A stretch of 30,033 nucleotides of DNA from a virus (IMGVR_UViG_3300006046_000016:1-30033); one strand, 5' to 3'; positions 17,113 through 25,755 are shown, counted from the first letter of the stretch. The notes: generated by a model not told the origin, from the letters alone. A program made the numbers and translations.

Positions 17113-17143
17113 AAGCCTTATAAATCAATAGATTATAAGGCTT
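17113..17143. terminator. Inverted repeat/terminator at the convergence of early and integrase transcripts
   Basis: AAGCCTTATAA-atcaataga-TTATAAGGCTT. Confidence 0.7.
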
Positions 17144-17151
17144 AATTTTTT

Positions 17152-17520
17152 TCAGGGTGTAAGAGAGGGGACGAATTTTTTTAAAATAGACTCATTTCGC
17201 TCTTTTTTAATTTTTTGATAATCATTATATTTGTCCAGAGCATAATCAGGCATCATTTCATCAGAAAGCACCATGCTAGTTATTTCCAATTCGCGAAACG
17301 GATCTTCTTCAATAATTCTAAGTACAGATTCCGTTATCAAAATTTTCCATTCTAGTTTTTCATCGATGAAAGAAAATGTTTCAAAATGATATGTATGCGC
17401 ATAATTAGGTTTGAAGTTTGGATCGCCTAAAATTCCGGCTAATACATTTTGCCTCAATTTTTCGTAATGCCATTCTGAAAACATTTTTATATATTCTTTT
17501 TTTGTTATTTCCTGCTCCAT
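17152..17520 (-). CDS. Hypothetical protein downstream of the integrase
   Basis: 122-aa ORF 30 nt after the int stop. Confidence 0.65.
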   Translation of the reverse strand: MEQEITKKEYIKMFSEWHYEKLRQNVLAGILGDPNFKPNYAHTYHFETFSFIDEKLEWKILITESVLRIIEEDPFRELEITSMVLSDEMMPDYALDKYNDYQKIKKERNESILKKFVPSLTP

Positions 17521-17550
17521 ATATTTTTTAAATCTCGATTTAATTTTTCA

Positions 17551-18783
17551 TTAATTGAAAAATGGATGTTCCATTAATTTATCGGCATTTTCCTGTTGAC
17601 TGATCTTAATGTATTTCATAAATGATCTTTCCGTCTTATGTCCTGTCATTTTCATTATCGAAATAACCGGAACGTCGGCAAGATATAAATTTGTCGCAAA
17701 ACTTCTTCGTGCTGTATGTGAAGAAATGAGTTCATATTTAAAATGCGTTGTTTTTTCTATCAGATTATGCTTTTTAATAGTTATCTCGATTAAATCTTTT
17801 ATACCGGCTAATTTCGCTATTTTTCTCAAACGCTCGTTCATTGTTTGATTGCTGGATGATTTTGGCAATTTTGAATCGTATTTAACTATTATTTCCTTTA
17901 CTATCCGATGCAGTGGAATTATTACTTTGGCACCAGTCTTTAATGTTCGTTTTATCACTGTTGAATTTTCAAGATTTATATTCTCTGGGTTGATATGTGT
18001 GAAATCTGAAAATCTGAGCCCCGTGTAACATCCAATTAGAAATAAATCGCGCGTTTTATCCAATTTCGGATTTTTCGAAAGATCCAAATCTTTGATTTTT
18101 TCAACCTCCTTTATATTAAGGTAGATGCTGTCTGAATCTTCAGAAACCGTTTTGAATTTCTTTTTACGAAATTCCAAATTTTCATTGAGTCCCCTTTCAG
18201 TCGCTTCATTCAAAAAGGATTTTATTGTTTTGATATGTTTTCCAATAGTGTTAATGGATAATGATTTTTCATTGGATAAAAATGCCAAATAATCATTATA
18301 AAATGCTAAATCAATATTTTTAAAATCAATATACTTATGCTTTAAATTATACTGTTTCAGATATTTTAAAACAATTTCATAATCCTTTAAAGTAGATTCT
18401 CTCCTGTTGTTTTCGCACTCCTTTATATACACTTCACAAAATTCTATAAATGTCTGTTTTTTAGTATTTATAGGAATACCATTTAACAAAGAATCTAAAT
18501 GTTTTTTAAGGATTTGATTGTTTATTTCCATACCATCATTATGTAATTTTCTGAATATATTATTTATCGCGTGCTGAATATTATCCAGTTTGGTATTGAA
18601 TTCCTGATGCTCTGAAAACTGTTTGGATTCTTTTGCGCGATGTTCTTTTTGGTTCCAGAATTTAGGATCTATTTTTTCTTTCGTTGAATATTTAAACCTA
18701 TGATAATCGTAATTATAGGTAAGATAAACTAGAGTATCTTTTTTTGATTTCGGTTCCTTTAATATGAATTTTGCTCTTGACAT
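17551..18783 (-). CDS. int: Tyrosine recombinase/integrase (Bacteroidota type)
   Basis: Catalytic R (TGLRFSD), K (KTG), HTARRSFAT, GH and Y (MKYI); N-terminal arm-binding and SAM-like core domains. Confidence 0.95.
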   Translation of the reverse strand: MSRAKFILKEPKSKKDTLVYLTYNYDYHRFKYSTKEKIDPKFWNQKEHRAKESKQFSEHQEFNTKLDNIQHAINNIFRKLHNDGMEINNQILKKHLDSLLNGIPINTKKQTFIEFCEVYIKECENNRRESTLKDYEIVLKYLKQYNLKHKYIDFKNIDLAFYNDYLAFLSNEKSLSINTIGKHIKTIKSFLNEATERGLNENLEFRKKKFKTVSEDSDSIYLNIKEVEKIKDLDLSKNPKLDKTRDLFLIGCYTGLRFSDFTHINPENINLENSTVIKRTLKTGAKVIIPLHRIVKEIIVKYDSKLPKSSSNQTMNERLRKIAKLAGIKDLIEITIKKHNLIEKTTHFKYELISSHTARRSFATNLYLADVPVISIMKMTGHKTERSFMKYIKISQQENADKLMEHPFFN

Positions 18784-18855
18784 TTTTATAAATTTATTTG
18801 GCTAACTTTTTAGCATGAATTTTTAAATTATATTCCTTGTATTATCTATATTTAT

Positions 18856-18909
18856 ATACTTTTCCATATTTTTAATATTTTTGGTGTTTTTAATATTTTT
18901 AATATTCTT
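18856..18909 (-). repeat. Six phased 9-bp repeats in the integrase leader
   Basis: Minus strand: aagaatatt aaaaatatt aaaaacacc aaaaatatt aaaaatatg gaaaagtat. Confidence 0.55.
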
Positions 18910-18920
18910 TAACAATTCTG

Positions 18921-18928
18921 CAAATATA
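18921..18928 (-). promoter_or_regulatory. -7 promoter element for the integrase
   Basis: TATATTTG(C) on the minus strand. Confidence 0.55.
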
Positions 18929-19022
18929 TCATTTATTAAAAATATAGACTAAATTTTACCTTTAATCAATACCATAAATTTATATATTCGCATTCAAAAA
19001 TAAAAAGTTAAAAAAATAAGAA

Positions 19023-19346
19023 ATGTATTATATATTAAAAAATAAAGAGGTAATAAAAGTTGATTCAGTTTTAGAATGGGCAAAAAACTTTGAGAATATT
19101 GAAAACTTTGAGAAAAATAAAATTGTTGCCAGAACTGAAATTGGAAAAATAGCAATTTCCACAATATTTTTATGGATTGATCATAATTTTATTCAAGATG
19201 GAAAACCTTTATTATTTGAAACGATGGTTTTTGGAGGTCCTTCTGAATACCAAGCTAGATATTCTACTTATGAGGAAGCTGAAGCAGGGCATAAAGAAGT
19301 TTGTGAAGTTTTTGAAAAGAGAATAGAACGTTTAAAAAATAAATAA
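19023..19346 (+). CDS. Phage hypothetical protein (paralog A)
   Basis: YYILK...ISTIF...PLLFETMVFGG...RYSTYEEAEAGH. Confidence 0.75.
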   Translation: MYYILKNKEVIKVDSVLEWAKNFENIENFEKNKIVARTEIGKIAISTIFLWIDHNFIQDGKPLLFETMVFGGPSEYQARYSTYEEAEAGHKEVCEVFEKRIERLKNK

Positions 19347-19347
19347 A

Positions 19348-19647
19348 ATGGATTATTACATTTTGGAAGATAAAATACCAAAAAAGATAGAATTTAAAGA
19401 TTTATGGAAGTATAAAAATAAAGCATGCCAAATTATTTGGCAAACTGAAATAAAAAAAATTCTTATCACTACTCTTTTTTTTGGTTGGGCCGATAATTTA
19501 AATGATGAAAAACCAATATTATTTAAAACTTGGATTTCCGGTATAAATAGTGATTATCAACGTGAATATTCAATTTACGAAGAAGCGGAAATTGGTCACC
19601 AGAGAGTATGTGAAATGATTAAAAATAAAAAAAATAATGAGTCTTAA
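19348..19647 (+). CDS. Phage hypothetical protein (paralog B)
   Basis: YYILE...ITTLF...PILFKTWISG...EYSIYEEAEIGH. Confidence 0.72.
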   Translation: MDYYILEDKIPKKIEFKDLWKYKNKACQIIWQTEIKKILITTLFFGWADNLNDEKPILFKTWISGINSDYQREYSIYEEAEIGHQRVCEMIKNKKNNES

Positions 19648-19876
19648 AATAGAAACAATCACGGCATTTGTTGCTACCGATAAAGAAGGAAATGAAGGAA
19701 TTATGGGATTTAAAAGCACCGATGCATGGATGCCTATGGTGTGTGCCGATGAAGAAAGAATAAAATCAATTCTTCCTATGGCTATTAAGATTTCAGAAAT
19801 GTCAGGGCAACCTTTCCGAGTAATAAAGTTTACAAATAGAAAAGATATTACAGAACAATTAAATATTGAATCATAA
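19637..19876 (+). CDS. Hypothetical protein
   Basis: 79-aa ORF overlapping both neighbours. Confidence 0.7.
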   Translation: MSLKIETITAFVATDKEGNEGIMGFKSTDAWMPMVCADEERIKSILPMAIKISEMSGQPFRVIKFTNRKDITEQLNIES

Positions 19877-20328
19877 TGAATCCAAACGAAAGCACATTCA
19901 ATAAAATATCAAGAAAATCAGGAAGAAAAATATCTTTCTGCAAATGTCAACAATGCAAAAAACAATGCACCGCCCCTTGTTTGGGAACTCCTGAAGATAT
20001 TGAAAAACTCATAGATGCAGGCTACAAAGACAAGATTTTAGAAACAACCTGGCTTGCAGGGATGATGATGGGAGCTGTTGACCATCCAATAGAAATGTAT
20101 CAAGCGGAACATAGGACAGACACAGGATTTTGTACGTTTTTTAAAGACGGTCTTTGTCAGCTCCATGATTTAGGATTGAAACCTACGGAGGGAAAACTAT
20201 CTCATCATTCTTTGAAAGCTGAAAACTGGACTGCTTCTAAATCAGTATCAATTTTAGTTGCAAAAGAATGGGAGAACCCTAAGAACAAAGAAATTATTAA
20301 TAGAATTATTGAAAAATTACCTAGATAA
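19876..20328 (+). CDS. Cys-cluster protein, YkgJ/CxxCxxCC-like (Zn or Fe-S binding)
   Basis: CKCQQCKKQC...C and CTFFKDGLCQLHDLGLKP. Confidence 0.65.
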   Translation: MNPNESTFNKISRKSGRKISFCKCQQCKKQCTAPCLGTPEDIEKLIDAGYKDKILETTWLAGMMMGAVDHPIEMYQAEHRTDTGFCTFFKDGLCQLHDLGLKPTEGKLSHHSLKAENWTASKSVSILVAKEWENPKNKEIINRIIEKLPR

Positions 20329-20390
20329 AATAAAAGTTGAAGAAATTTAAATTTTAACATTTATTTTTTATGGATATTTAAAAAAGATTA

Positions 20391-20503
20391 TATATTTGCA
20401 CCGCAACGAAGTGAGATTCGTTTTTGAAATAAACATATCAGAAAAATATAATATAATCCCATTCGGGGCGGTGTATCTCACTTTAGCCAAACCGATTGGG
20501 ATT
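20391..20503 (+). ncRNA. Promoter plus two-hairpin kissing-loop leader RNA, copy 2
   Basis: TATATTTG; P1 AACGAA/TTCGTT; P2 AATCCCA.TCGG..GGC/GCC..CCGA.TGGGATT; AAGTGAGAT (20409-20417) is complementary to ATCTCACTT (20475-20483). Confidence 0.6.
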
Positions 20504-20535
20504 TGTCTTATATAATAGTTTTTTAAACAATCAAC

Positions 20536-20784
20536 ATGGAAGATCAACAAACAAAAAAAATATTTGATCCAGAAGAAATAGATGCAGAAGTTTTAGCAAA
20601 AGTAAAATCATTACCTAGAATTGATTTTGATGCGTTTACTGCACTTCATATTAGTGGTCAGGTTAAAAGATTGAAAAAATTAAAAAAACGTAGGACAATT
20701 TTTTTTGATGAAGAAACTGGTTATTTTCTTTACTTAAACCCATTATATAAACAACTTCATAAATGTGGAGAATTCATAGAATAA
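20536..20784 (+). CDS. Hypothetical protein
   Basis: 82-aa ORF after leader RNA copy 2. Confidence 0.6.
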   Translation: MEDQQTKKIFDPEEIDAEVLAKVKSLPRIDFDAFTALHISGQVKRLKKLKKRRTIFFDEETGYFLYLNPLYKQLHKCGEFIE

Positions 20785-20837
20785 ATATTAATATTAAGAT
20801 TTATTCATAATTAATTATAAAATATTATTTAAATTTA

Positions 20838-20942
20838 TTATCCTTTAAAGCAGTGAGATACTTTAAGATAATTAAAAAACATCATATATCCCTATTATTT
20901 ATGGCTTATCTCACTTTCGAGCCTTAAACAATAGGGATATAT
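20838..20942 (+). ncRNA. Two-hairpin kissing-loop leader RNA, copy 3
   Basis: P1 TTATC..TTAAAG/CTTTAA-GATAA; P2 ATATATCCCTATT/AATAGGGATATAT with inner GGCT/AGCC; AGTGAGATA (20852-20860) is complementary to TATCTCACT (20907-20915). Confidence 0.6.
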
Positions 20943-21019
20943 TATATAAGCAAATTAAGAATACCAGTCCTCGGAAAAAAATCCGAATATAAATTAATCA
21001 ATAATCAAATTATAAAATC

Positions 21020-21298
21020 ATGAAAGACGAACAGCATATTATTATTCAAGGCTGGATGATAAATAAATTAAAATTAAGAGGCAACCAATTATTAATCTAT
21101 GCTATTATTTATGGATTTGTCCAAGATTTAAATACTGAATTTATCTGTGAAGCAGATTATTTTTATAAAACTTTAAATATTAGTGAATCTACATCATTAA
21201 AATCAATAAGATCTTTAATTCGTAAGAAATATATATCAGAAAATAATGATAAAACAAACAATAACCATTTAAGAACTTATAAAATATATAAATTATGA
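21020..21298 (+). CDS. Winged-HTH protein resembling a replication-initiator N-terminus
   Basis: IIIQGWMINKLKLRGNQLLIYAIIYGF...LNISESTSLKSIRSLIRKKYI. Confidence 0.65.
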   Translation: MKDEQHIIIQGWMINKLKLRGNQLLIYAIIYGFVQDLNTEFICEADYFYKTLNISESTSLKSIRSLIRKKYISENNDKTNNNHLRTYKIYKL

Positions 21299-22098
21299 GT
21301 TCAAAAATTAAAATGGCTTTTGATACCAAAATAGCTAAAATAGTTGGTACCGATGCTGCAATAATACTTTCTAACATAGAATTTTGGGTATTTAAAAACC
21401 AAGCTAACGAACATCATTTTTATGATGATGATTATTGGACTTACAATAGCATAAAAGCATTTGAAAAGATGTTTGATTATTTAAGTAGTGGCCAAATAAG
21501 AACCTGTCTTGACAAGTTAGAAAAACAAGGTTTTCTTAAATCTGGTAATTATAATGAAACGAAATATGATAGGACAAAATGGTATTCTTTAGGATCTTCT
21601 TTTTATGAAATTACATCTGAAAATAACCATTTGTTGAAATCAACAAATGCATTTGTTGAAATTGACAAATGCATTTATTCAAATCAACAAATGGATTTGT
21701 TGAAACCTGTAAATGGATTTGTTGAAATCAACAAACCTATACCAGATAATAAACCAGATAATAAACCAAATAATAAACCTTTTAAAGAAAATCAAGAAAT
21801 TTTAAACGGTAATAGAAATGAAAATTTTGGAAATGAACTCTTGGAAAACGATAATTGGAAAGAATCTATTCTTATTCAAAATGAATTTTCTAAAAAAGGA
21901 TGGGGATTTCAGCAATTAGAAATATTCATTCGGAATTTCAATGTAAAACTCAATTCCGAATTAGATATTAAAAATTCAAAAAAAGATTATGCTAGCCATT
22001 TCTCCAGATGGCTTTCAGGTGAAATAAAAAACCAAGAAAAAATTAAAATACAAAATTCAAATGGTACTCATCCGACTATGTCTCGTAGAATATCATAA
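21295..22098 (+). CDS. Phage replication initiator (replisome organiser)
   Basis: N-terminal wHTH (IA..VG..AAIIL, WTYNS, YDRTKWY), iteron-encoded linker, C-terminal HF.RWL domain; upstream of the helicase. Confidence 0.75.
   Translation: MSSKIKMAFDTKIAKIVGTDAAIILSNIEFWVFKNQANEHHFYDDDYWTYNSIKAFEKMFDYLSSGQIRTCLDKLEKQGFLKSGNYNETKYDRTKWYSLGSSFYEITSENNHLLKSTNAFVEIDKCIYSNQQMDLLKPVNGFVEINKPIPDNKPDNKPNNKPFKENQEILNGNRNENFGNELLENDNWKESILIQNEFSKKGWGFQQLEIFIRNFNVKLNSELDIKNSKKDYASHFSRWLSGEIKNQEKIKIQNSNGTHPTMSRRIS
21628..21737. repeat. Five tandem 22-bp palindromic iterons; likely replication origin
   Basis: Consensus CATTTGTTGA-AA-TCAACAAATG at 21628, 21650, 21672, 21694 and 21716. Confidence 0.85.
21741..21776 (+). 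repeat. Three tandem 12-bp repeats adjacent to the iterons
   Basis: ACCAGATAATAA x2 plus ACCAAATAATAA (PDNK-PDNK-PNNK). Confidence 0.8.
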
Positions 22099-22220
22099 TA
22101 TACCAAGTTTGGTACTAAATTTTAATTCTAAGGTAATTTTATATAAAAATCAATTATCTCTATTTTAAAAAAAAACAATCGCTTAAAACGCTTTAAAATC
22201 AATTTATTAAAATAAACGAA

Positions 22221-22475
22221 ATGGAGGATAAAAGAAATCGAATTAAAAAATCATTGCGATTAGCAATGATTTTTAGTGGTAAAAAATTAAATAATTTAGA
22301 TTTAGCAATAGAAGATATTAATAATCATTTCCAACATGTTGAAATAAAATTTATCGAATTAGCTATAAAAGAAGGATCATTAGGATATTATGGAGAAGTT
22401 GATAAATTATCAATTCAAATAATTTGCATTTGGATAAACAAATCCATCGAAAAATATAGATCAAATTTTATTTAA
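22221..22475 (+). CDS. Hypothetical protein in the replication module
   Basis: 84-aa ORF between initiator and helicase. Confidence 0.6.
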   Translation: MEDKRNRIKKSLRLAMIFSGKKLNNLDLAIEDINNHFQHVEIKFIELAIKEGSLGYYGEVDKLSIQIICIWINKSIEKYRSNFI

Positions 22476-22480
22476 AATTC

Positions 22481-24271
22481 ATGAAAACAATATTCGCTTG
22501 GTCAAAAATTCAAACAAACAAAACTTCTGGTAATATCAAAGCTACTTGTCCAGAATGTATAGATTCCAGAACTAACAAAAAAGATAAATCACTTCAAGTA
22601 AATTTTACTAATGGTATTGCTCATTGTCATTACTGCCATGCGATTAGTTTCAGGGATTCAATAGAACGAAAAACGGAGCAACAAAACTTCAAATTACCAG
22701 TCCAAACTTGGAGAAATTACACTAATCTCTCAGAAGCAATGGTAAAATATCTTGAAAGCAGAAAAATATCTCAATCAACAGCGATAAATTTTAGCTTAAC
22801 AGAAGAAGAATATTATCAGCCACAATTGGAAAAAAAAGTCAATAATCTGGTATTTAATTATTTTGAAGGTGAAATTTTAATAAATAAAAAATATCGATCA
22901 GGAGGTAAAAAATTTACTCAAAGTGCAGGAACAAAATCGATTTTTTATAATATAAATTCAATTATTGGACAAGAAGAATGTTTTATTGTAGAAGGCGAAT
23001 TAGACGTTTTGTCAATGTATGAAATCGGTATAAAAAATTGTATTTCATTGCCTAATGGAGCAAATGACAATGATAATGTTTGGATGAATTGCGAAAAATA
23101 TCTAAAAGACATTAAAAAATTCTTCATAGCAACCGACAATGATGACAAAGGAAATGAGGTTGCAGATAAGATTGCACAACGATTAGGTCGCTGGAGATGC
23201 GAAAGAGTGATTTTTAACCACAAAGATGCTAATGAGGACTTGATAGACGGTTCGTTGAAAAATAGTGTTTTAAATCGCTTAAAATACCCTGTATCAGGAA
23301 TTTTTAATTCAGAAGATATTTATGATGATGTTTTAAATATTTATGAAAATGGATTACCGCCTACAATCTATCCTAAACATCCTTGTTTTGGTAATCTAAA
23401 AAATATATTTACTGTAATGCGCGGACATTTAGTTACTTGTACGGGAATTCCGAGCCACGGCAAATCGAATTTCACCGAATGGTACATTTTAAATCTGGTT
23501 AAAGATTATGATATGAAAGCATCATTCTTTTCTCCAGAGCATTATCCTTTAGAACTTCATCAATCAACATTTATAGAAAAAACTTTTGGTAAAAATTTCT
23601 TCAAAGAAATATATGGCGTTCCAAGGATTATTACATACGACATTGCAAAATATACCGAATGGGCAAAAGAAAAAATTTATTTTACCTATCCTGAAAACGG
23701 CGAAAATCCAAATTGGGATTGGTTATTGGAAAAATTCAAAGAACAAATGATTACTTATGGTACTGATATTTTTGTGATCGATGCTTTTAATAAAATATCT
23801 TTTGCTCAAAAAGGTAATAGATTGGAATTAATCGGCGATATTTTAACCAAATTAACCGCTTTTGCGCAAATGAATAATGTTATTATTTTTCTTGTCGCTC
23901 ATCCTACAAAAATGCCAAAAACTACAAATGGTTTATATGCTTCACCTAGCCTTTATGATGTATCTGGTTCATCGGATTTTAGAAATCAAACTCACGATGG
24001 ATTCAGTATTTATAGATATTTTGGTGATGAAGAAAATGAAGCCAGAACTGTTTTTGAAAATCTGAAAACTAAAATGAAATTTCAGGGTGAAATTGGAGGT
24101 CAAGTTGAATTTGACTATCATATTCCATCAGGAAGGTATTATGAAAAAGGAACTGAATATCAACCATTCAATCTTATGGATTGGGATCAAGATCCAAATT
24201 TATTTACTCCGAAATTAGAAGAATTGCCAGATATTTTTGAATCAATAGAATCAGAAGATTTGCCTTTTTAA
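22481..24271 (+). CDS. Bifunctional primase-helicase (T7 gp4/Twinkle-like)
   Basis: Zn finger CPEC...CHYC; TOPRIM IVEGELD, ATDND..G and KDANE; Walker A TGIPSHGKS; VIDAFN; LVAHP.K; YDVSGSSDF. Confidence 0.92.
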   Translation: MKTIFAWSKIQTNKTSGNIKATCPECIDSRTNKKDKSLQVNFTNGIAHCHYCHAISFRDSIERKTEQQNFKLPVQTWRNYTNLSEAMVKYLESRKISQSTAINFSLTEEEYYQPQLEKKVNNLVFNYFEGEILINKKYRSGGKKFTQSAGTKSIFYNINSIIGQEECFIVEGELDVLSMYEIGIKNCISLPNGANDNDNVWMNCEKYLKDIKKFFIATDNDDKGNEVADKIAQRLGRWRCERVIFNHKDANEDLIDGSLKNSVLNRLKYPVSGIFNSEDIYDDVLNIYENGLPPTIYPKHPCFGNLKNIFTVMRGHLVTCTGIPSHGKSNFTEWYILNLVKDYDMKASFFSPEHYPLELHQSTFIEKTFGKNFFKEIYGVPRIITYDIAKYTEWAKEKIYFTYPENGENPNWDWLLEKFKEQMITYGTDIFVIDAFNKISFAQKGNRLELIGDILTKLTAFAQMNNVIIFLVAHPTKMPKTTNGLYASPSLYDVSGSSDFRNQTHDGFSIYRYFGDEENEARTVFENLKTKMKFQGEIGGQVEFDYHIPSGRYYEKGTEYQPFNLMDWDQDPNLFTPKLEELPDIFESIESEDLPF

Positions 24272-24417
24272 AAATAAAAATCATATCTTAGATATTATCA
24301 TAATAATTACGATATGATTAAGATAACAATTATAATAATGGCTATTATTCTTGCATTTATATTAAATGATGATGATACTCTAACATAATCAATTTATATT
24401 TAAATCGTATTATAATC

Positions 24418-24819
24418 ATGGATGAATATATGAAACCTGATGCGCTTCTGAATAAATTGATTTCAAAACACGAAAAACGCGGATATATAGCCATAGCCTG
24501 TGACTTCGATCATACTTTATATTCAGATGATACTGGACAATCTTATGAAATGGTAAGGCAATTATTAAGAGATTTAAAGGCTAGCGGTCAATATATTATT
24601 ATCTGGACTGCAAATATTGAAATTGCATTTATCAGAAACTTTCTTTTCAAACATGGAATTCCTTTCGATGGGATAAATTGTGAACCGCCTTATATTAAAG
24701 ATGAGAAAACCACAAGAAAGATCCAATTTGAGGCTTGTTTGGATGATACATGTGGTTTAAAAGAAGTGTACGATACTTTAGTTAAATTTTTAAAACATAT
24801 AAATCATGAATTGGATTAG
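24418..24819 (+). CDS. HAD-superfamily hydrolase-like protein
   Basis: IACDFDHTL motif I, IIWTA motif II, K...LDD motifs III/IV. Confidence 0.75.
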   Translation: MDEYMKPDALLNKLISKHEKRGYIAIACDFDHTLYSDDTGQSYEMVRQLLRDLKASGQYIIIWTANIEIAFIRNFLFKHGIPFDGINCEPPYIKDEKTTRKIQFEACLDDTCGLKEVYDTLVKFLKHINHELD

Positions 24820-25018
24820 AATCAATACTTTGGAAGATTTGCCAGACGAAACCTGTGATGTTTTTTTTATTCCAACCCATCATAATAGGGTAGTGTTAGG
24901 TCATTTTTACCTAGGTCCTTATGGAGATTTTTATTTTGGAGATGGACAGCATGTTATAGATGCAGGTCAAGTTTCCCATTATCAAAAAATAATAGAACCT
25001 GATATGCCACAAGAATAA
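24806..25018 (+). CDS. DUF551-like small protein
   Basis: MNWIRINTLEDLP...VSHYQKIIEP. Confidence 0.65.
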   Translation: MNWIRINTLEDLPDETCDVFFIPTHHNRVVLGHFYLGPYGDFYFGDGQHVIDAGQVSHYQKIIEPDMPQE

Positions 25019-25028
25019 ATATTATTTT

Positions 25029-25226
25029 ATGGAAATCCCTTTATTCTCGCATGTTTGGAAAGGCGTATATCGATGGCAACCAACTAAGGCCACGTATTAC
25101 GATTTTAAATATGTGGAATATTTAGGAACAAGTTCTGAAGGCCGTATTTATCTTGCTTGGACAGCAACAGAAAGATTCATTTTATTGGATTCCAGAAATA
25201 TTTCTACAAGCCTTATTAAATCTTAA
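25029..25226 (+). CDS. Hypothetical protein
   Basis: 65-aa ORF in operon. Confidence 0.5.
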   Translation: MEIPLFSHVWKGVYRWQPTKATYYDFKYVEYLGTSSEGRIYLAWTATERFILLDSRNISTSLIKS

Positions 25227-25409
25227 TTGCTTTTCGATGATGAAAATATTGAAATCATCGCTATGAAAGGAGATAAAATCTTTAAAACAATTATAACTAT
25301 TTCCGAGTGGAAACGCTTTAAAAAAAAGTCTGGATGGAAATATGTAGCCTATCAGATAGGGTTTTCACAATATAATTTGTCGGATAAAACAATCTATATG
25401 CGGCATTGA
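25227..25409 (+). CDS. Hypothetical protein
   Basis: 60-aa ORF with a TTG start; KKKSGWKYVAYQIGFS. Confidence 0.5.
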   Translation: MLFDDENIEIIAMKGDKIFKTIITISEWKRFKKKSGWKYVAYQIGFSQYNLSDKTIYMRH

Positions 25410-25492
25410 TTTTCAAAATTGGATACCTATTCCGATTCCAAAGAGAATAGGCTTTAAACGCTTTTTATTTCAATTATGGAATGGAGAAGAAT

Positions 25493-25530
25493 AAAAAAAA
25501 ATCGCTATTAATAGCGATTTTTATTTTTTT
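25493..25530. terminator. Bidirectional terminator
   Basis: AAAAATCGCTATTAATAGCGATTTTT palindrome between convergent operons. Confidence 0.75.
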
Positions 25531-25753
25531 ACATAATAGGTATATTATCAGGATCAATTGATTTAGCTACAAAATATTCCTCAAGCATTTTATAAGCCTT
25601 TACAGTATATTTTATATGTCCTTGTCCTTGAGGGTGTTTTTTTAACTCTTTTTTAGCACAACAAATTGCATTATAAATTTGTGTTAAAACCATTTTCTCT
25701 GAATAACTCATATCAAGAGGAAATTTTCTAGCAAATTCACTAAAATGTTCCAT
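25529..25753 (-). CDS. Small helical hypothetical protein (third gene of the accessory operon)
   Basis: 74 aa, 2 nt after the upstream stop. Confidence 0.65.
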   Translation of the reverse strand: MEHFSEFARKFPLDMSYSEKMVLTQIYNAICCAKKELKKHPQGQGHIKYTVKAYKMLEEYFVAKSIDPDNIPIM

Positions 25754-25755
25754 AA

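Noticed and set aside
21628-21776. CRISPR-like array
   Set aside because: Repeats are contiguous without spacers and lie inside a CDS; no cas genes. They fit ori iterons better.
22099-22220. Short AAACGCTTT/AATCGCTTAAAA motifs here and near 23275, 25311 and 25456
   Set aside because: Too short and scattered in AT-rich DNA to support a function by eye.
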